The notes below the pieces were generated by a model. That model was not told where the DNA came from, made no database searches, and saw only the letters and a program-made list of their open reading frames with translations. The position numbers and the translations under genes were made by a program. Shown here in pieces: positions 41,049-52,883 of a DNA stretch of 64,000 bases. Numbering within the stretch: position 1 is the first letter of the stretch; each line of letters begins with the position of its first letter. The stretch is from an uncultured Planctomycetota bacterium. Lineage in GTDB: Bacteria; Planctomycetota; Planctomycetia; Gemmatales; Gemmataceae. The stretch covers positions 479,619-543,618 of the forward strand of contig CAWKHF010000004.1 in NCBI GenBank assembly GCA_963849325.1. The letters run 5' to 3'.

Positions 41049-44028
41049 ATGCGAACACGAACCGCGCGCCGACTGCTCGGCTTGCTGGCGTTGACCTTGA
41101 TGGCGGCCGCCCTCGCCGACAACCAGCCCCCGTCGCTACCAGGCGGAACACACGACGGGACCGTTTTCGTCGTCGTCCGAACCAGCGACAACCTCATCCT
41201 CACCGGCAGTTTCGACGGCACCATCAAATTGTTGGATTTCAACGTCGCGGACCCGTCGCAGTCCGGCGGCGTGATCAAGACTTATGCCGACGACAAGCAG
41301 GAGATGATTCTTACCGTGGCTGCCGATCCCAGCAATCGCTTCATTGCCTCCGGCGGCCGAGACGGTTCCGTCCGCGTCTGGAGACGGATCGATCGTCCCT
41401 TGCAAACCGTGACGCAGGCCACGGGGGCTACTGTCCTCGCCATTCACCCTTCCGGGTTGGTAGCTTATGCGGACGGCGGAGTGCATCTTGTGAATCAGGA
41501 CAAGGCTAAAAACAGCGGGTCCGACGACTCTCCCAAAAAGGGAGGAGATGTCAAGAAGGTGACGGCGCTTGCCTGGTCGGACAAAGTCCCGCCGCGCTGG
41601 CTCGTTGCGGGAAATGGAGATAAGGACGGCACCTTATGGGTGTGGAAGGATCTGACCCAGGCGCCAACCTCTTACTATCTTGGTGGGAAGGGAGACATTC
41701 TCGCGCTCCAATTCACCACCAAGTCTGATCTGCTCGTTTTCCGCGGCGATGGCCCGGCACGTATGGCGGGACAGAAACTCCGGATTGTCTTCCGTGTCGA
41801 TCAGCAAGTCGAAGAAGACCGCCATCAGCGCCAACGGCACGCGCTGCGCCTTCCTGTCCGCGGACGGCAAGACCATCACCGTTTATGATTGCGGCTCCTG
41901 GAAGCAAGCCGGAACGAAAACAGTGGGCGACATGCCCATCGCGGAACTGGCCCTGTCCCCGGATGGAAAGAAGATCGGTTTAGCGGTCCAGGGTGGGAAA
42001 AAGTTGAAGTACGGCGACGCAGACGGAGATGGGGTGGTCCCCGACGTGGACAAGGCGACCGCACCGGCGACGGTCAATGCGCTGGCGATCTATCACTCCG
42101 AGGACCAAGGCACGGACAAGGGGGTTGATCTGCTGGCCACCTGCCGCAACGTCGGGGACAATGAGGATCGAGCCGAAATCGTTGTGCAGAATCTCAAGGG
42201 CGAGAAGCAGAGTTTCCCCGCGCTGGCCAAAAGCGAAAAAAAGGTCTCCCAGTTCACGTTTCGACCGGATGGCAAGGCCCTGTTCGTCGTCACCAACCTG
42301 GGCAATCAAGTTTCCCAGCTCGTTCGGGACCAGACTATGCCGCTCGTCATCCCCCTGCCAACAGACCACAGAGACCCAGGCACCATCACGAGCCTCGCTG
42401 TAAGCAACGGTGATGACCTGCGTCTTGCCGTCGGAACCAACCAGAAACGGATCATCGGCTGGAAGGTCAGCGATGACAAGGCGACTGTCTCCCTCAACGT
42501 GCCGCGGGAACTTCTTGGGCCTGCTCCCGCGAACAACGCTTCCGCGATCTCCGCCCTCGCGATCAATGCCGATAACAGCCGCCTGCTGTTTGCCGACCCC
42601 TCCGGGCTGCGCTTTTTGCAGCTAAAGGACAAGGATGATGCGCAAACATTCAACCCCGTGGAATTGCAGCGCTTGCCCTACGATATGGACCTGCAGGCTT
42701 CCGTCGGCCTAATCGCCCTCGGCGATCCCTCCGGGAAGAAGGGGCGGGCCGTGTTCGCCAATGCCGACAAACTTTTCGCCTGGGAGCCGGAAGTTCACAA
42801 GGCGCTCGGCGGCAGTGGGAGCAATGTAAAGCAGGTGGTCATCGATCCAGCCGGCAAGTTTGCCCTCACCGTCCCCAACGATCAGAGCCGCGTGGACATC
42901 CGGCCGCTCGACCAGGCCGGGCAGGTTTCTCCCCTCACCAACGGCAGCCACAAGGTCAACGCGGTGCTTCTGCTTGCGGACAAGATTGCGACCGGTTGGG
43001 ATGACGGAACGGTTCTCTTTTCCTCGAAGACTGGGGGTGACCCGGTCATGACCCAAAACCTGGGGAAAACAGCGATCAATGCACTGGCCGAGCTAAACAA
43101 CGGCAGCAGCTCGGTGCTGGCGGTCGCGCTGGGCAACGGGACCATCCGGTTCCTCAATGATAAGGGAACCCTGATCGGGGAAACACTCGGCAGATCCGGC
43201 TCGACGGCGGTGACACGCCTTGACGCTCTGCCACCGGCTGCGAATTGGCCGCGCTTCCTCGCCCTGCGCGGGAATGAGGTGCAAGTTTGGGAGTATATCG
43301 ATTCCTTGCAAGGCACGGTCCAAGGACGCCACGAGGGACCCGTTTACGCCGTCTCCTGGCGACTCGATAAGATCGACCCGCCCGAGTTTCTCTCCGCGGG
43401 CGCGGACGGCACCATCCGCGACTGGACATTCGACGCGAACCAGTTGAAGTGGAAGTCGGTTCCCACCACGCCAAACCAAACAACTCCCAGTCCGGTTATC
43501 TATGCGCTGGCCTACAACCCAAAATACGAGAAGGACAAGAACTACCTGTTCGCCAGCGGCGGCAGCGACACACAGCTTTGGCTCTGGAAGCCTTCGGAAA
43601 ACGCCAACGCGTCCCCGTACGCATCCAAGTCGTTCCCGGGCCATAAGGGGCCGATCTATAACATCGCCTGGAGCGGGGACGGAAAGCGGATTGCCACCGC
43701 GTCTGCGGATCGGACCGCACGTGTGTGGTCCGCTGCCGACGGCTCCTTACTCAGCCCCTTGTCGCACAAGGACAGCGTTGCCGCGCTGGCGTTTCGACCT
43801 CCTCCGGATGACAAGACGGACCCAGACGGGAATTCTCTGGCTGCCCTTGATTTCAGCCGGCGGATCACATTCTGGACCCTGGCGGACCTGACATCGCCGA
43901 CCAACGACGAAGCTCCCTTGAAGCTTGATTCGCCCGCCTACAGTCTCACCTGGGATCCCTACGGCAAGTCCGTTCTCTTCACGGCGGGCAAGCAGGTCTA
44001 CTATCTTAATCGCGACAAGAAGAAGTAA
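41049..44028 (+). CDS. Secreted WD40-repeat protein (frameshift near 41750)
   Basis: Signal peptide RRLLGLLALTLMAAALA; TGSFDGTIKL, SGGRDGSVRVW, GHKGPIYNIAWSGDGKRIATASADRTARVW. Confidence 0.88.
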
Positions 44029-44650
44029 GGCAGCGGGGCGCGCGTGGACGCGGTCGGCGGATTGCCATCCTGTCCCTGGCCGGTGAAGTCCACGGTGATG
44101 AGGCTGCCGGGCTTTCCCCGGGCGGTGCGCGTCTGCTCGACGAAGTGGCCCTCCTCCGACCAACTGGTGCGCACGTCGTAGTACACGAGCTTGCCCGGCG
44201 GCAGCGGATCGGTGTAGTAGTAGCGCTCGGTCCCCGTCTGCATTGTCGGCCCTCCGTTAAACCACACGAGGGCGTCCGCGGCCACCAGCACCCGCACGCG
44301 CAGCCTTCGTTGGTCCGTGTGGAACCTCACAGTAGCTCGTCTCTTCTGGTCGCACGTCCACGGACTTCACCTGCTCAAACGGCGCCCCGTCCAGCATCCA
44401 GCGCCTTGACCTGATACGTGTAAACCTTGCCCAACTGTAGCGGCGGCGTGAAGAAGCAGCGGATCGGCCCGGTCAACGTGGTCAGCTCCCCGTTAAACCA
44501 CACCGTCGCCTTTGCCGGAACGCGGACTTCCACCTGGGCTTCGGCGGTATCTGCGGCGGCCGGGCAGCCTTCCTTGGGGATAGTGACGAGCAGGAACAGG
44601 GCAAACGCCCAGGGAAAGAAGGTGCGGATCGCGCGATGCTGTCGGCCCAT
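44001..44650 (-). CDS. TIGR03000-like planctomycete domain protein, two domains, frameshifted
   Basis: VRVPAKATVWFNG..T..TGPIR.FFTPPL..GKVYTY and ALVWFNG.PT.QTGTER.YYTDPLPPG; hydrophobic leader. Confidence 0.7.
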
Positions 44651-44747
44651 GAGATGCTCCGGTGGGTTTTGCGTGTCGTTTCACCAACCGCCGGCCGTCG
44701 TTGTCTGGCCCCGTGGGGAGGTTCGTCCACGGGGCTGCGTCTTTCCC

Positions 44748-45320
44748 TTAGCCGTGCCCTTCCTCCAGAGAGTCGGCGAAATCCCGCATCTGACGGGCCA
44801 GCACGGCAATGTGGCGCGGGTCCCAACGGCGGCGGAACGATTCCAGGGTCTCCAGTAATTCGCCCAGCAGTTTCGGGGACGGCAGTTCGGGCGACACGGT
44901 TCGCCGTGGCCGCCGCCGCTGCTTGCGCAGGCTGTCGAGGATTTGCTTGGCGGCCGCCACGGTGATACGTTCGCCGTTTTGGGCGCGCTTGACGGCGAAC
45001 ACACTCGCCTCCTCCGGGGCAGAGGGGGCCGCCAGCAGGTATGCCGCCGTCGGGTCGATGCACAAATCGGAAATGATTTCCGTTTTTGGCCCGAAGCGCT
45101 CAGCCACGATCATGAAGTTCCTCGCCGTCCGCTCGGTCCACCCGAACTCGGCGCGCAACCACGGCCCGAAGCCGCCGTGGGGGAGAGCCTCCTTCACCGC
45201 CCGCAGCTCCTCCCCGACTGCAATCAAGACTTCCAGCGTCCGCTTCACCGTCTGGCGAATGCGCTCGGCCGACGTTCTGTACCTGCCGAACGACCTCCGC
45301 CTCCAGAGCGGAATAATCAA
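44748..45320 (-). CDS. DUF3102-like protein
   Basis: VGEELRAVKEALPHGGFGPWLRAEFGWTERTARNFM, AAYLLAAPSAP. Confidence 0.85.
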   Translation of the reverse strand: MIIPLWRRRSFGRYRTSAERIRQTVKRTLEVLIAVGEELRAVKEALPHGGFGPWLRAEFGWTERTARNFMIVAERFGPKTEIISDLCIDPTAAYLLAAPSAPEEASVFAVKRAQNGERITVAAAKQILDSLRKQRRRPRRTVSPELPSPKLLGELLETLESFRRRWDPRHIAVLARQMRDFADSLEEGHG

Positions 45321-45659
45321 ACGGGTCGAGGATTCTGAAGCCTCCCTGGCAGGGCGGCTTCTACGGGGGGCGCGGAGTGAAACAGTTGGCTCATGGTGTC
45401 ATCTCGTGCAGCAAGCTTTGCGGCCGTCACCCGGAACAGTCCACGTCGTCTCCTTTGACCTCCCGTGTCCAAAAGGAATCGGCGAGCGTCGCGCGAATCC
45501 GAGCCATTGTCGAGTGGTCAAAAATGCTGTCAAAGGGAGCACTAGGGGAGATCTGGGGGTGATCTGGGGAAGGTCGTTCGCTCTTCCCCCATGAATCCCC
45601 TCGAGTCCCGAACCGGCACCCCCTCTCCTTCTGTGGCGGATACGGATAATCCGTCACTA

Positions 45660-46520
45660 CCTAAGCGTCCGATCACGACCGGGGTCGCGTGGACGCGAAC
45701 CGGAGGGACGACGACTGCGAACGACGCCGACTCCCCCGGCCCTCCCCTCCCGCCCGCGACCGTAAACCGGACCTCCTCCTGAAACGGGCGGCTCTGCGCC
45801 GGGACGAGGAGCTCAAAGCGGCACTGGAGACGGCCCGGGGAGATAGGGGATCTGCCGAGCGGGGTAACCCGCACGGGTGCCGTCGGCGTTGCCTCAACCT
45901 TCAGGTCGGGGAGTGCCTCCCCGTCCCGGGAGTAGACCTCGAGGACGATCTCACGCCGGGCTTCCTCCAGCGGGGCGACCACCACCCACCGCGCCCCGCC
46001 CTGCTGACGGAGAGCGTCTTCCCGCCGACCCGAACGGCGAGGCCGGCCCGGACGCCTTTGGGGCACTCAGCCTTCTCGAGGAACACCCCCGGCTTTTTCT
46101 CGCCGAGGTCCGCGCCCGAAACCTCAACGGGCAGGGCTACCGAACCGCCCCGCCGCACCGTGTAGTCCTGCCGCGTGAGGCCGCGGAACTCGAGCCGGGG
46201 GTTCAGGTGGGCCCACAGGTGCTCGAGCAACTCGTCGGCCGCCGCGTCGGGGCCGAGGGCGATCGTGTGGGTTAAGACGGCGTTCTTCCGGGCCTGCTCG
46301 GAGAGCGCCTTCGCCGGCGGCTCCCACTTCGCCCGCGGCCAGGGGGTGTTCCCCGTCGCCCCGGTCTGCAGGCCATCGCTCAGCAGCAGGATGACGCCTC
46401 CCTTCGGGGAGAGGAGCTTCACCGCCTCCACGGTCCCCGCGAGGATGTCGGTCCCGCCCTCGGGCTTGACCGATGCTACCGCCTTTGCGAACTCGCGACG
46501 GCTCTTCTCGTCCGCACAGC
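45660..46520 (-). pseudogene. vWA-domain gene fragment
   Basis: GGTDILAG, ILLLSDG, THTIALG; MIDAS-bearing N-terminus missing. Confidence 0.55.
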
Positions 46521-47100
46521 CTCGACGAGGGTCAGGTGGAGGGGGCTTGTCGGCGTGACGGTTCGCAGCCGCTTCACGACGACCGGCTCGACGGCGGGAG
46601 TGGTCGCCTGGAGCGCGGACGTAGGCCCGAAGGGGAGAAGAAGCGCCTGGGTAACGGGGTGAGCTGCCTTCTCGAGGGCCTCGGCGACTGCCGGGTGGTC
46701 GTTCAGAAGCCCCGCCTGGAGAAAGGCCTCGAGTCCGACCCGGCTCCGGAGCAGCGCAAGCCCCCCGGCGTTGTTCGCCGAGCCGTGCTTCACTTGCGCG
46801 AGATGTCGGGCGTCCAGGAACTCCTCGAGCACTTCGACGTCCTGCCAGTCGCTTGTCCGCTCCGTCTCCTTGCTGCGAATGAGGTCGGGGAGGGAGAGGA
46901 ACGAGAGCGGCCTTCCCCCGTAGGGGCCGCTCTCCCGGCGTGCGAAGAGCTCGGCGAACGGAGGGAGGAGGTGGTTCTCCCGCCAGAACTCGAGCCACTC
47001 CTCGCGGCCGTTGGGGAGCCGGCCGATGGCGAAGCGGCGGAAGGCGTGCGGGGACCTGCACCGCGTCGAGCCGGCCGTAACGCACCTACTCCTGGATGAC
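46480..47100 (-). pseudogene. Nucleotidyltransferase-like C-terminal fragment
   Basis: FLSLPDLIRSKETERTSDWQDVEVL; stop and frameshift upstream. Confidence 0.45.
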
Positions 47101-47395
47101 CTTGTGGTGGGTCGGGTACGTCCCGACCACCTGCGCCGGTGAGGACCTTCTCCTGGCCGCTGCAGTGACGCAGGAAGGCGACGGCCCAGGTTTCGCCAAC
47201 GAGGTCCGCGATGAGCGGCTGCAGCTCGCCGACCTTCTCCCGCTCCCACGCCTTCAGCACGTTGCTCACGTAAGCCCACGAGCGGGGGTTTGACTGCTCG
47301 CCCTCGAACACCTTCACGTTCAGCTCGATGAACGCCGTGACGCGCGGGTCGATCTCGATCCGCGTGGCCCACTCGACCCACCGCCGAAGGCGGGA

Positions 47396-48271
47396 GTGAC
47401 GATCCGTGAGGAAGGGCTGGAGCGCGCCCTCCGCGAAGTAACGCTGCTGGCGTCCGGCACGGGATTCCTGTCCAGCTGGTTGCTGGCAGAAGGCTTGCAC
47501 ACCTGCCTGCCGAGAGGGAGCGTCCCGGTCCTGTCCGTAGGCGGTGCGCTCGCCGGTGGATGGATGGGCCGCCGCTGGCTCCTTTCCGGCCGCCGCCGGG
47601 CGGCCGAATTGATGCTCGAAGGCAACCGAACCGTTCTCGAAGACATCGGGAGCGAGACCGGGCGTTTCGTTACCTGGTTCGCCAGCGCCAAGGACAACAA
47701 TCCCGTTGCCTTCAACCGTTTCCTGGAAGGCTTTCGGCCGGGCAAGACTGAACAGGGTGGCCAAGATTTGCTGCGCCGGGCGTTCACGCACTATTATCGC
47801 GCGGCCCAGACCAGGGACGTGCAGAAGAAACAGCAAGAGTGCTACTTCGCCAACTGCCTGGCGATTTTGCATGAGCACATCCGTCTCCAGCGCTACATCT
47901 CTGGGGCACTTCCCTGGGTTGTCCGCCGTTGCGTCACCTTCCGTCTGATGCGTTACGAGGTTGGTCCCCTGCGGATGGCGGTCAGCGACGACGTGCCGAG
48001 CCTCGATGGTCTGGACTACCCCGTATCCCTGGGGCATTTCCGCGATCCAGAAGTGATTGCCTTCCTGTTCGGCCCGGACGGCCTGGACCGTGGCGGCAAA
48101 GGGCTCATCGGAACACGAACACGAGACTGGACGCGGCTGGGCCAGCGCATGAAATACATCGTCAATCTTTTTCGTGCCTTCCACCTTCATCCTGATGTGA
48201 CCGCCGCTCCCTATTCCTCCCCGCAGCTTGACCAGATTCGAGACGGCCAGGTGCCCCAAGGATCGTTGTGA
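47396..48271 (+). CDS. Hypothetical protein, probably 5'-truncated
   Basis: Protein-like ORF (EGNRTVLEDIG, ANCLAILHEHIRLQ, DWTRLGQRMKYI). Confidence 0.6.
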   Translation: MTIREEGLERALREVTLLASGTGFLSSWLLAEGLHTCLPRGSVPVLSVGGALAGGWMGRRWLLSGRRRAAELMLEGNRTVLEDIGSETGRFVTWFASAKDNNPVAFNRFLEGFRPGKTEQGGQDLLRRAFTHYYRAAQTRDVQKKQQECYFANCLAILHEHIRLQRYISGALPWVVRRCVTFRLMRYEVGPLRMAVSDDVPSLDGLDYPVSLGHFRDPEVIAFLFGPDGLDRGGKGLIGTRTRDWTRLGQRMKYIVNLFRAFHLHPDVTAAPYSSPQLDQIRDGQVPQGSL

Positions 48272-48529
48272 ACGGACACCATTTCCTGATGGGACTACGG
48301 CGTGCTGCATCCACGTCTGGACGGTAAATGGTTGCGATGCGCCAGACCACGACGGCCCGATGTCCGAGGGCAACACGATGTCGCCGACGGCTGGGGGTGG
48401 CAGATCGGCCAACTCGAATGCGGCTCTCCCTCCCTCCTGACAAACGCGCTGATTGTCCCTTGCGGAACCGGAAAGCAGGCGGATAATAGCGAGGAAGCAT
48501 TTCTTTCCCTCTGGCACCGGAGACGAGCG

Positions 48530-49050
48530 ATGAATCCCTCCCGATTCGCCTGGTCGATCCCGGTTTTGCTGCTGAGCCTGCACCCCGCTCCCAGCGACGA
48601 GATGCCCGACCTGGCAAAGGTGCGATCCCTCCTACGAAAGGAACCTACCTACATCTGCAAACGCCCTTTGTATGGGCTGGCTGACTTCGGCCCCAAGGCG
48701 GATAAGGCTAGCTGGCTTGTCCTCGATAAGAGCGAGCCGAACAGGAAGGACTATGATGTCTTGTTCCTCGATCGCAACGGCGATGGTGATCTCACCGGGC
48801 CAGGAGAACGACTCCAGGTCGGAACCGATAAGCGTTTCCGCGTAGACGAATTCAGCGATCCGGCCACCGGCGTTCCGCATGGAGCCTTGACCGTTCGCGT
48901 GGAAGGCGAGGATGATCCCACGGTCATGGTGAGCGTGCGCTGGCGTGGAAAGTTCCGCCTGGGCGGTGGCTACCCGCAAGACCCGGCCGAAGGCCATCTG
49001 CATTTCGCCAAGCGCCCGGCGGAGGCTCCGGTGCTAATGGTCGCAGTCGG
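48530..49050 (+). pseudogene. Secreted protein, 3'-truncated
   Basis: Signal peptide, KEPTY, LFLDRNGDGDLTGPGE; ends just before the MITE. Confidence 0.6.
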
Positions 49051-49098
49051 CTATCGAAGCCTTACAGGCTGTGTCTTTTTGGCGAGCCGCGACCGTAA

Positions 49099-49299
49099 CA
49101 GTAGTTTCAAGGTTGGGTGAGGGGGTAGTTGGCGAAATCGCTTGTATTCTCGGCGTTTTCTTTCGCCCTCGCCCTTGCTGACTCCTCTCTAGCCAGCGCC
49201 GAACTTTCGGCGCGAGCTCGACTGTTGCAAGTCCTTCAAACAAAGCGGCTTGCAACAACAGCGCCGAAAGTTCGGCGCTTCAGAACCTTGAAACTACTG
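49099..49299. mobile_element. 201-bp MITE with ISH3-type ends
   Basis: 16-bp terminal IR CAGTAGTTTCAAGGTT / AACCTTGAAACTACTG sharing its first 10 bp with the IS ends at 58276-61019; no transposase. Confidence 0.8.
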
Positions 49300-49312
49300 T
49301 TACGGTCGCGGC

Positions 49313-49623
49313 CGGAGTTGGGCAAGAAGGGAGAATTGACCGACTGGCAGAAAGCGTTCTACCTGGCCCCGTGGATGCCGCCTGAGGAACTGTACGACAT
49401 GAACGCCGACAAGTGGTCGATGCACAACCTCGCCGGCTCGGACAATCCGGAACATCAGGCGGTCCTTAAACGTCTGCGCGCTGTATTACAGAAGTGGATC
49501 GAGGAGACCAAAGACCAAGGGCGTACCCTGGAGCCGGAGGAGCTGGCCAAAAACCTGGGCCGAACCAAGCCCTTGTCCGGCAATCAGCGGGAAGAAGGGC
49601 CGGTGAAATCCAAGAAGCCATGA
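49313..49623 (+). pseudogene. Sulfatase C-terminal fragment
   Basis: PEELYDM.AD.WSMHNLA...LKRLRAVLQKWIEETKD. Confidence 0.7.
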
Positions 49624-49690
49624 GGGGAGGTGCGACGGAGTTGAAGCTGTACAATGGGGTCCGGGGTCCAAAAGGAGTAAGAGGCTCTAC

Positions 49691-49753
49691 CAAAATGTGG
49701 CAACACGTTTTCAACGTGTTGGATTGTACGGCACGTTACAAACGTGCCGCCAC
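49691..49753 (-). repeat. 63-bp REP-like double-hairpin repeat, copy 2 (inverted)
   Basis: Exact reverse complement of 14924-14986. Confidence 0.9.
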
Positions 49754-49792
49754 ATTCGGTTCGTGCCTCTAAACAGGAAGAGGAATAAAGCG

Positions 49793-51472
49793 ATGAAGCC
49801 ACCGCCGCGAAATCTGTTTCCCCATACCGGGAACTCGACAAGGTTCTCCTGCCGATCGCTCCTCCTGACTTGCCTTCTGCTCTTGGCGTGGGCCGGCATA
49901 TCGGCTGCCGCCGAGTCCGCTCAGCCCAACATCCTGCTGGTGCTCTCCGACGACCATAGCGTGCCGCACGTCGGCTGCTACGGCAACAAGGACATCAAGA
50001 CGCCCAACCTCGACCGCTTCGCGGCCGAGGGCATGCGCTTCGACCGCGCCTACGTCACCTGTCCGCAGTGCGCACCGTCGCGATCCTCGATCATGTCCGG
50101 GCGATCGCCCGTCGCCATCCAGATGACGCGTTTCTCCGCTCCGCTCCCCATCGAGGTGATGGTCTTCCCCGAACTGCTCCGCGCCCAGGGTTACTACTCC
50201 GGCGTCGCCGGCCGCACCTACCACCTCGACGGCTCGCGCCTGCCACCGGAGTCGCAGAAGGTATTCGACAAGTACGGCTTGCGGACCTTCGCCAAACGGC
50301 TCGACTACGTAAAGGTCGCCGGCCAACGGGAGGTGATGATCGCCCAGTATCGCGAATTCCTCGATCAAGTTCCCAAGGGCAAGCCGTTCGTGCTGCAATT
50401 GTGCTTCAGCGATCCGCACCGGCCGCTCGACCGCAACGCCATCCCCAAGCCGCACGACCCGGCCCAACTCCGGCTGCCCGCTCATTACCCGGACACGAAA
50501 CTGGTGCGCGAGGACTTCGCCCGCTATTACGACGAAATCGCCCGCTTCGACGGCGACTTTGGCACGGTGCTCGACGAGTTAAAGAAGCGCGGGCTGGCCG
50601 AGAACACACTGGTCGTCTTCATGGGCGACAACGGGGCGTCTCAATTGCGCGGCAAGGGAACGCTGTACGAGTTCGGCGTCCATATACCGCTGATCGTGCG
50701 CTGGCCGAGCAAGATCAAAGCCGGCACGGCGACGAGCGCGTTGATCTCCGGCGAGGATCTAGCCCCGACGTTCCTGGAGGCGGCCGGCGCGGCGGTGCCG
50801 AGGGAGATGACGGGCCATAGTTTCCTCAAGCTGCTGCGCGGCGAGCCGTTCGAGGGCCGCCGGTACGTGTTCGCCGAGCGCAGCGCGCACGGCTCCGGCC
50901 TGCCGACCAACTCCGCCGCGTTCGACCTCGGCCGCTGCGTCATCTCCCGGAAATACAAGCTGATCTACAACGCCCTCTGGCAGCTGCCCTACACGCCGGT
51001 GGACTTCGCTGGCGATCCATTCTGGAAGGAGCTGCGGCAGATGCACGCGGACGGCAAGCTGTCGCCGGAGATGGCGAAGCTGTACTTTTCGCCGACGCGA
51101 CCGATGTTCGAGCTGTACGATCTGCAAGCCGATCCGGCCGAGATGAAGAACCTCGCGGGCGCCCGAGAGACCGCGGCCTTCGAAAAAGAGTTGAAAGGCG
51201 TCCTGCAAGAATGGATGATCTTGCAACGCGACTTCCTGCCGCTGCCGGTGCCGCCAGTCAATCGAACGCCGCAGCCGCGCAAGGAAGGGGCCAACAATTA
51301 CCCCATGCATCCGAAAGTTCAGCCGCATTACGGCGTCCGCACCGAGCGCTACAAGCTCATCTACTTCAACAAGATCGACCTGGGGGAGGAGCAGCATCTC
51401 CTTCGTGCCGAGCAGATGATGGCCATCGGCCAAGTGGCGACGGCGTCGCCCACGAGCTGCGCAATCCCTTGA
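49793..51472 (+). CDS. Formylglycine-type sulfatase; 3' end runs into foreign fragments
   Basis: Signal peptide, [32 protein letters not shown] (CxPxR), [17 protein letters not shown]. Confidence 0.9.
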   Translation: MKPPPRNLFPHTGNSTRFSCRSLLLTCLLLLAWAGISAAAESAQPNILLVLSDDHSVPHVGCYGNKDIKTPNLDRFAAEGMRFDRAYVTCPQCAPSRSSIMSGRSPVAIQMTRFSAPLPIEVMVFPELLRAQGYYSGVAGRTYHLDGSRLPPESQKVFDKYGLRTFAKRLDYVKVAGQREVMIAQYREFLDQVPKGKPFVLQLCFSDPHRPLDRNAIPKPHDPAQLRLPAHYPDTKLVREDFARYYDEIARFDGDFGTVLDELKKRGLAENTLVVFMGDNGASQLRGKGTLYEFGVHIPLIVRWPSKIKAGTATSALISGEDLAPTFLEAAGAAVPREMTGHSFLKLLRGEPFEGRRYVFAERSAHGSGLPTNSAAFDLGRCVISRKYKLIYNALWQLPYTPVDFAGDPFWKELRQMHADGKLSPEMAKLYFSPTRPMFELYDLQADPAEMKNLAGARETAAFEKELKGVLQEWMILQRDFLPLPVPPVNRTPQPRKEGANNYPMHPKVQPHYGVRTERYKLIYFNKIDLGEEQHLLRAEQMMAIGQVATASPTSCAIP

Positions 51473-51740
51473 CCTCCATCAAGGGGTTGGTCCAGGTCAA
51501 CCTGCGGGAGGCCCGAGCGCAAGGACTGCCCCAAGAGGATCGGGCCGTGATCGAACAGGAGATCCGTCGCATGGAACGGACCCTCCAGACTTTCCTGGTT
51601 TTTGCGCGTCCGCCCAAGCCCGAACGCCGCCGGCTGGAGCCGGCCGCCGTGGTCGAGCGTGTCTTTGCTCTTGTCGGAGGCCGGGCCAAGAAGCAGGGCG
51701 TCTCCCTTCGCCTGATTCAGCCAGCCACGCCCATCTGGTT
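51380..51740 (+). pseudogene. Sensor histidine kinase fragment
   Basis: H-box [28 protein letters not shown]. Confidence 0.7.
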
Positions 51741-51754
51741 GGATTCGAGCAACC

Positions 51755-51950
51755 GCGACGCGGACGCCCATTGGATCGGCAACGGCTTCCCGGTCCGCAC
51801 CCTCTTCTCGTACCAGACCCTCGGGCAGTGCATCCGATCGACGAGCCAATCGCCCTTGACGGCTTGTTCGTGATGAACACGCGGGACGAGGTTCGCCAAG
51901 CAATCGCCGACTTCCCAAGTGGTCGTCTGGGGCAAGAGCGCGGTCATTTG
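51755..51950 (+). pseudogene. Pirin-family remnant with internal deletion
   Basis: [15 protein letters not shown] joined to [27 protein letters not shown]. Confidence 0.65.
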
Positions 51951-51967
51951 ACCGGGGATCTCCGGCC

Positions 51968-52883
51968 TCACTCCTGCACCCCTTGGAAAAAGCCAAGATT
52001 CTCCAGGGATGCTCGTAAGCGTGCGCCTCTGCTCCGCCGTCAAGTTCGCGTTCGGCAGACGGGCTGGGCCGACCTCGACGCCGAGGAACCCCATCACGGT
52101 CTTCGCCGCACCCAGATAACCGTACCCGGCCAGCAATTCGATGAGTTGGACCGAGCGGAACTGCTCGGTGCGAGCCGTCGCCAGATCACACCGCTGGAAC
52201 GCCCCAATCATCCGGTTGTAGATAGGGGCCGCGAAGTTGAAGCTGCTGCCGACGCCGCCGACCGCTCCGAGGACCAACGCCGCCAACAGGTACTCGTCCA
52301 CGCCCCAGGGGATGTCGAACCGACCGTCCTGAGCGTGCAGGCATTTCTGGTAGGCCATCAGGTCGGCGTTGGTGAACTTGATGCCGGCGAGCGTCGGGAT
52401 GCGGTCGGCGGCCAGGGCGAGAAACTCCGGCATGGAGAACTGAACGCCGGTCAGCGCCGGGATGTCGTAGAAGTAGAACGGCAACGCCGGCGCCGCCGCG
52501 GCGATGTCGGCACAGCACGCGACCAGGGCGTCGAGCGACCTGGGCTTGAAGTAGCTGGGGGCCAGGGCGGCGATAGCGGCGGCTCCGAGGGTTTGAGCCT
52601 GCGCCGCCATCCGGCGGGCGTCGGCCAGGCAGTTGGAGCCGACGTGAACGACCAACCGCAGCTCCGACCCGCGCACCACCTCACCCCATCGCTGGGCCAG
52701 AAGCAGCCGTTCCTCCACGGTCAGGGAGTGACTCTCGCCGGTGCTGCCACCGACGAAGGCCGTGCGGACGCCGTTGCGGAGAAGGTGCTCGGCCTGCGTC
52801 CCGACGACGCGGAGGTGGAGTTGGCCGTCCGAGTCGAACGGCGTGTGGGTGGCGGCGACGAGGCCGGACAGCTTGATGGTCAA
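51968..52883 (-). CDS. nanA: N-acetylneuraminate lyase (DHDPS family); frameshift near 3' end
   Basis: VGGSTGES, FYFYDIPALTG, GIKFT; sialic-acid gene context. Confidence 0.85.
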
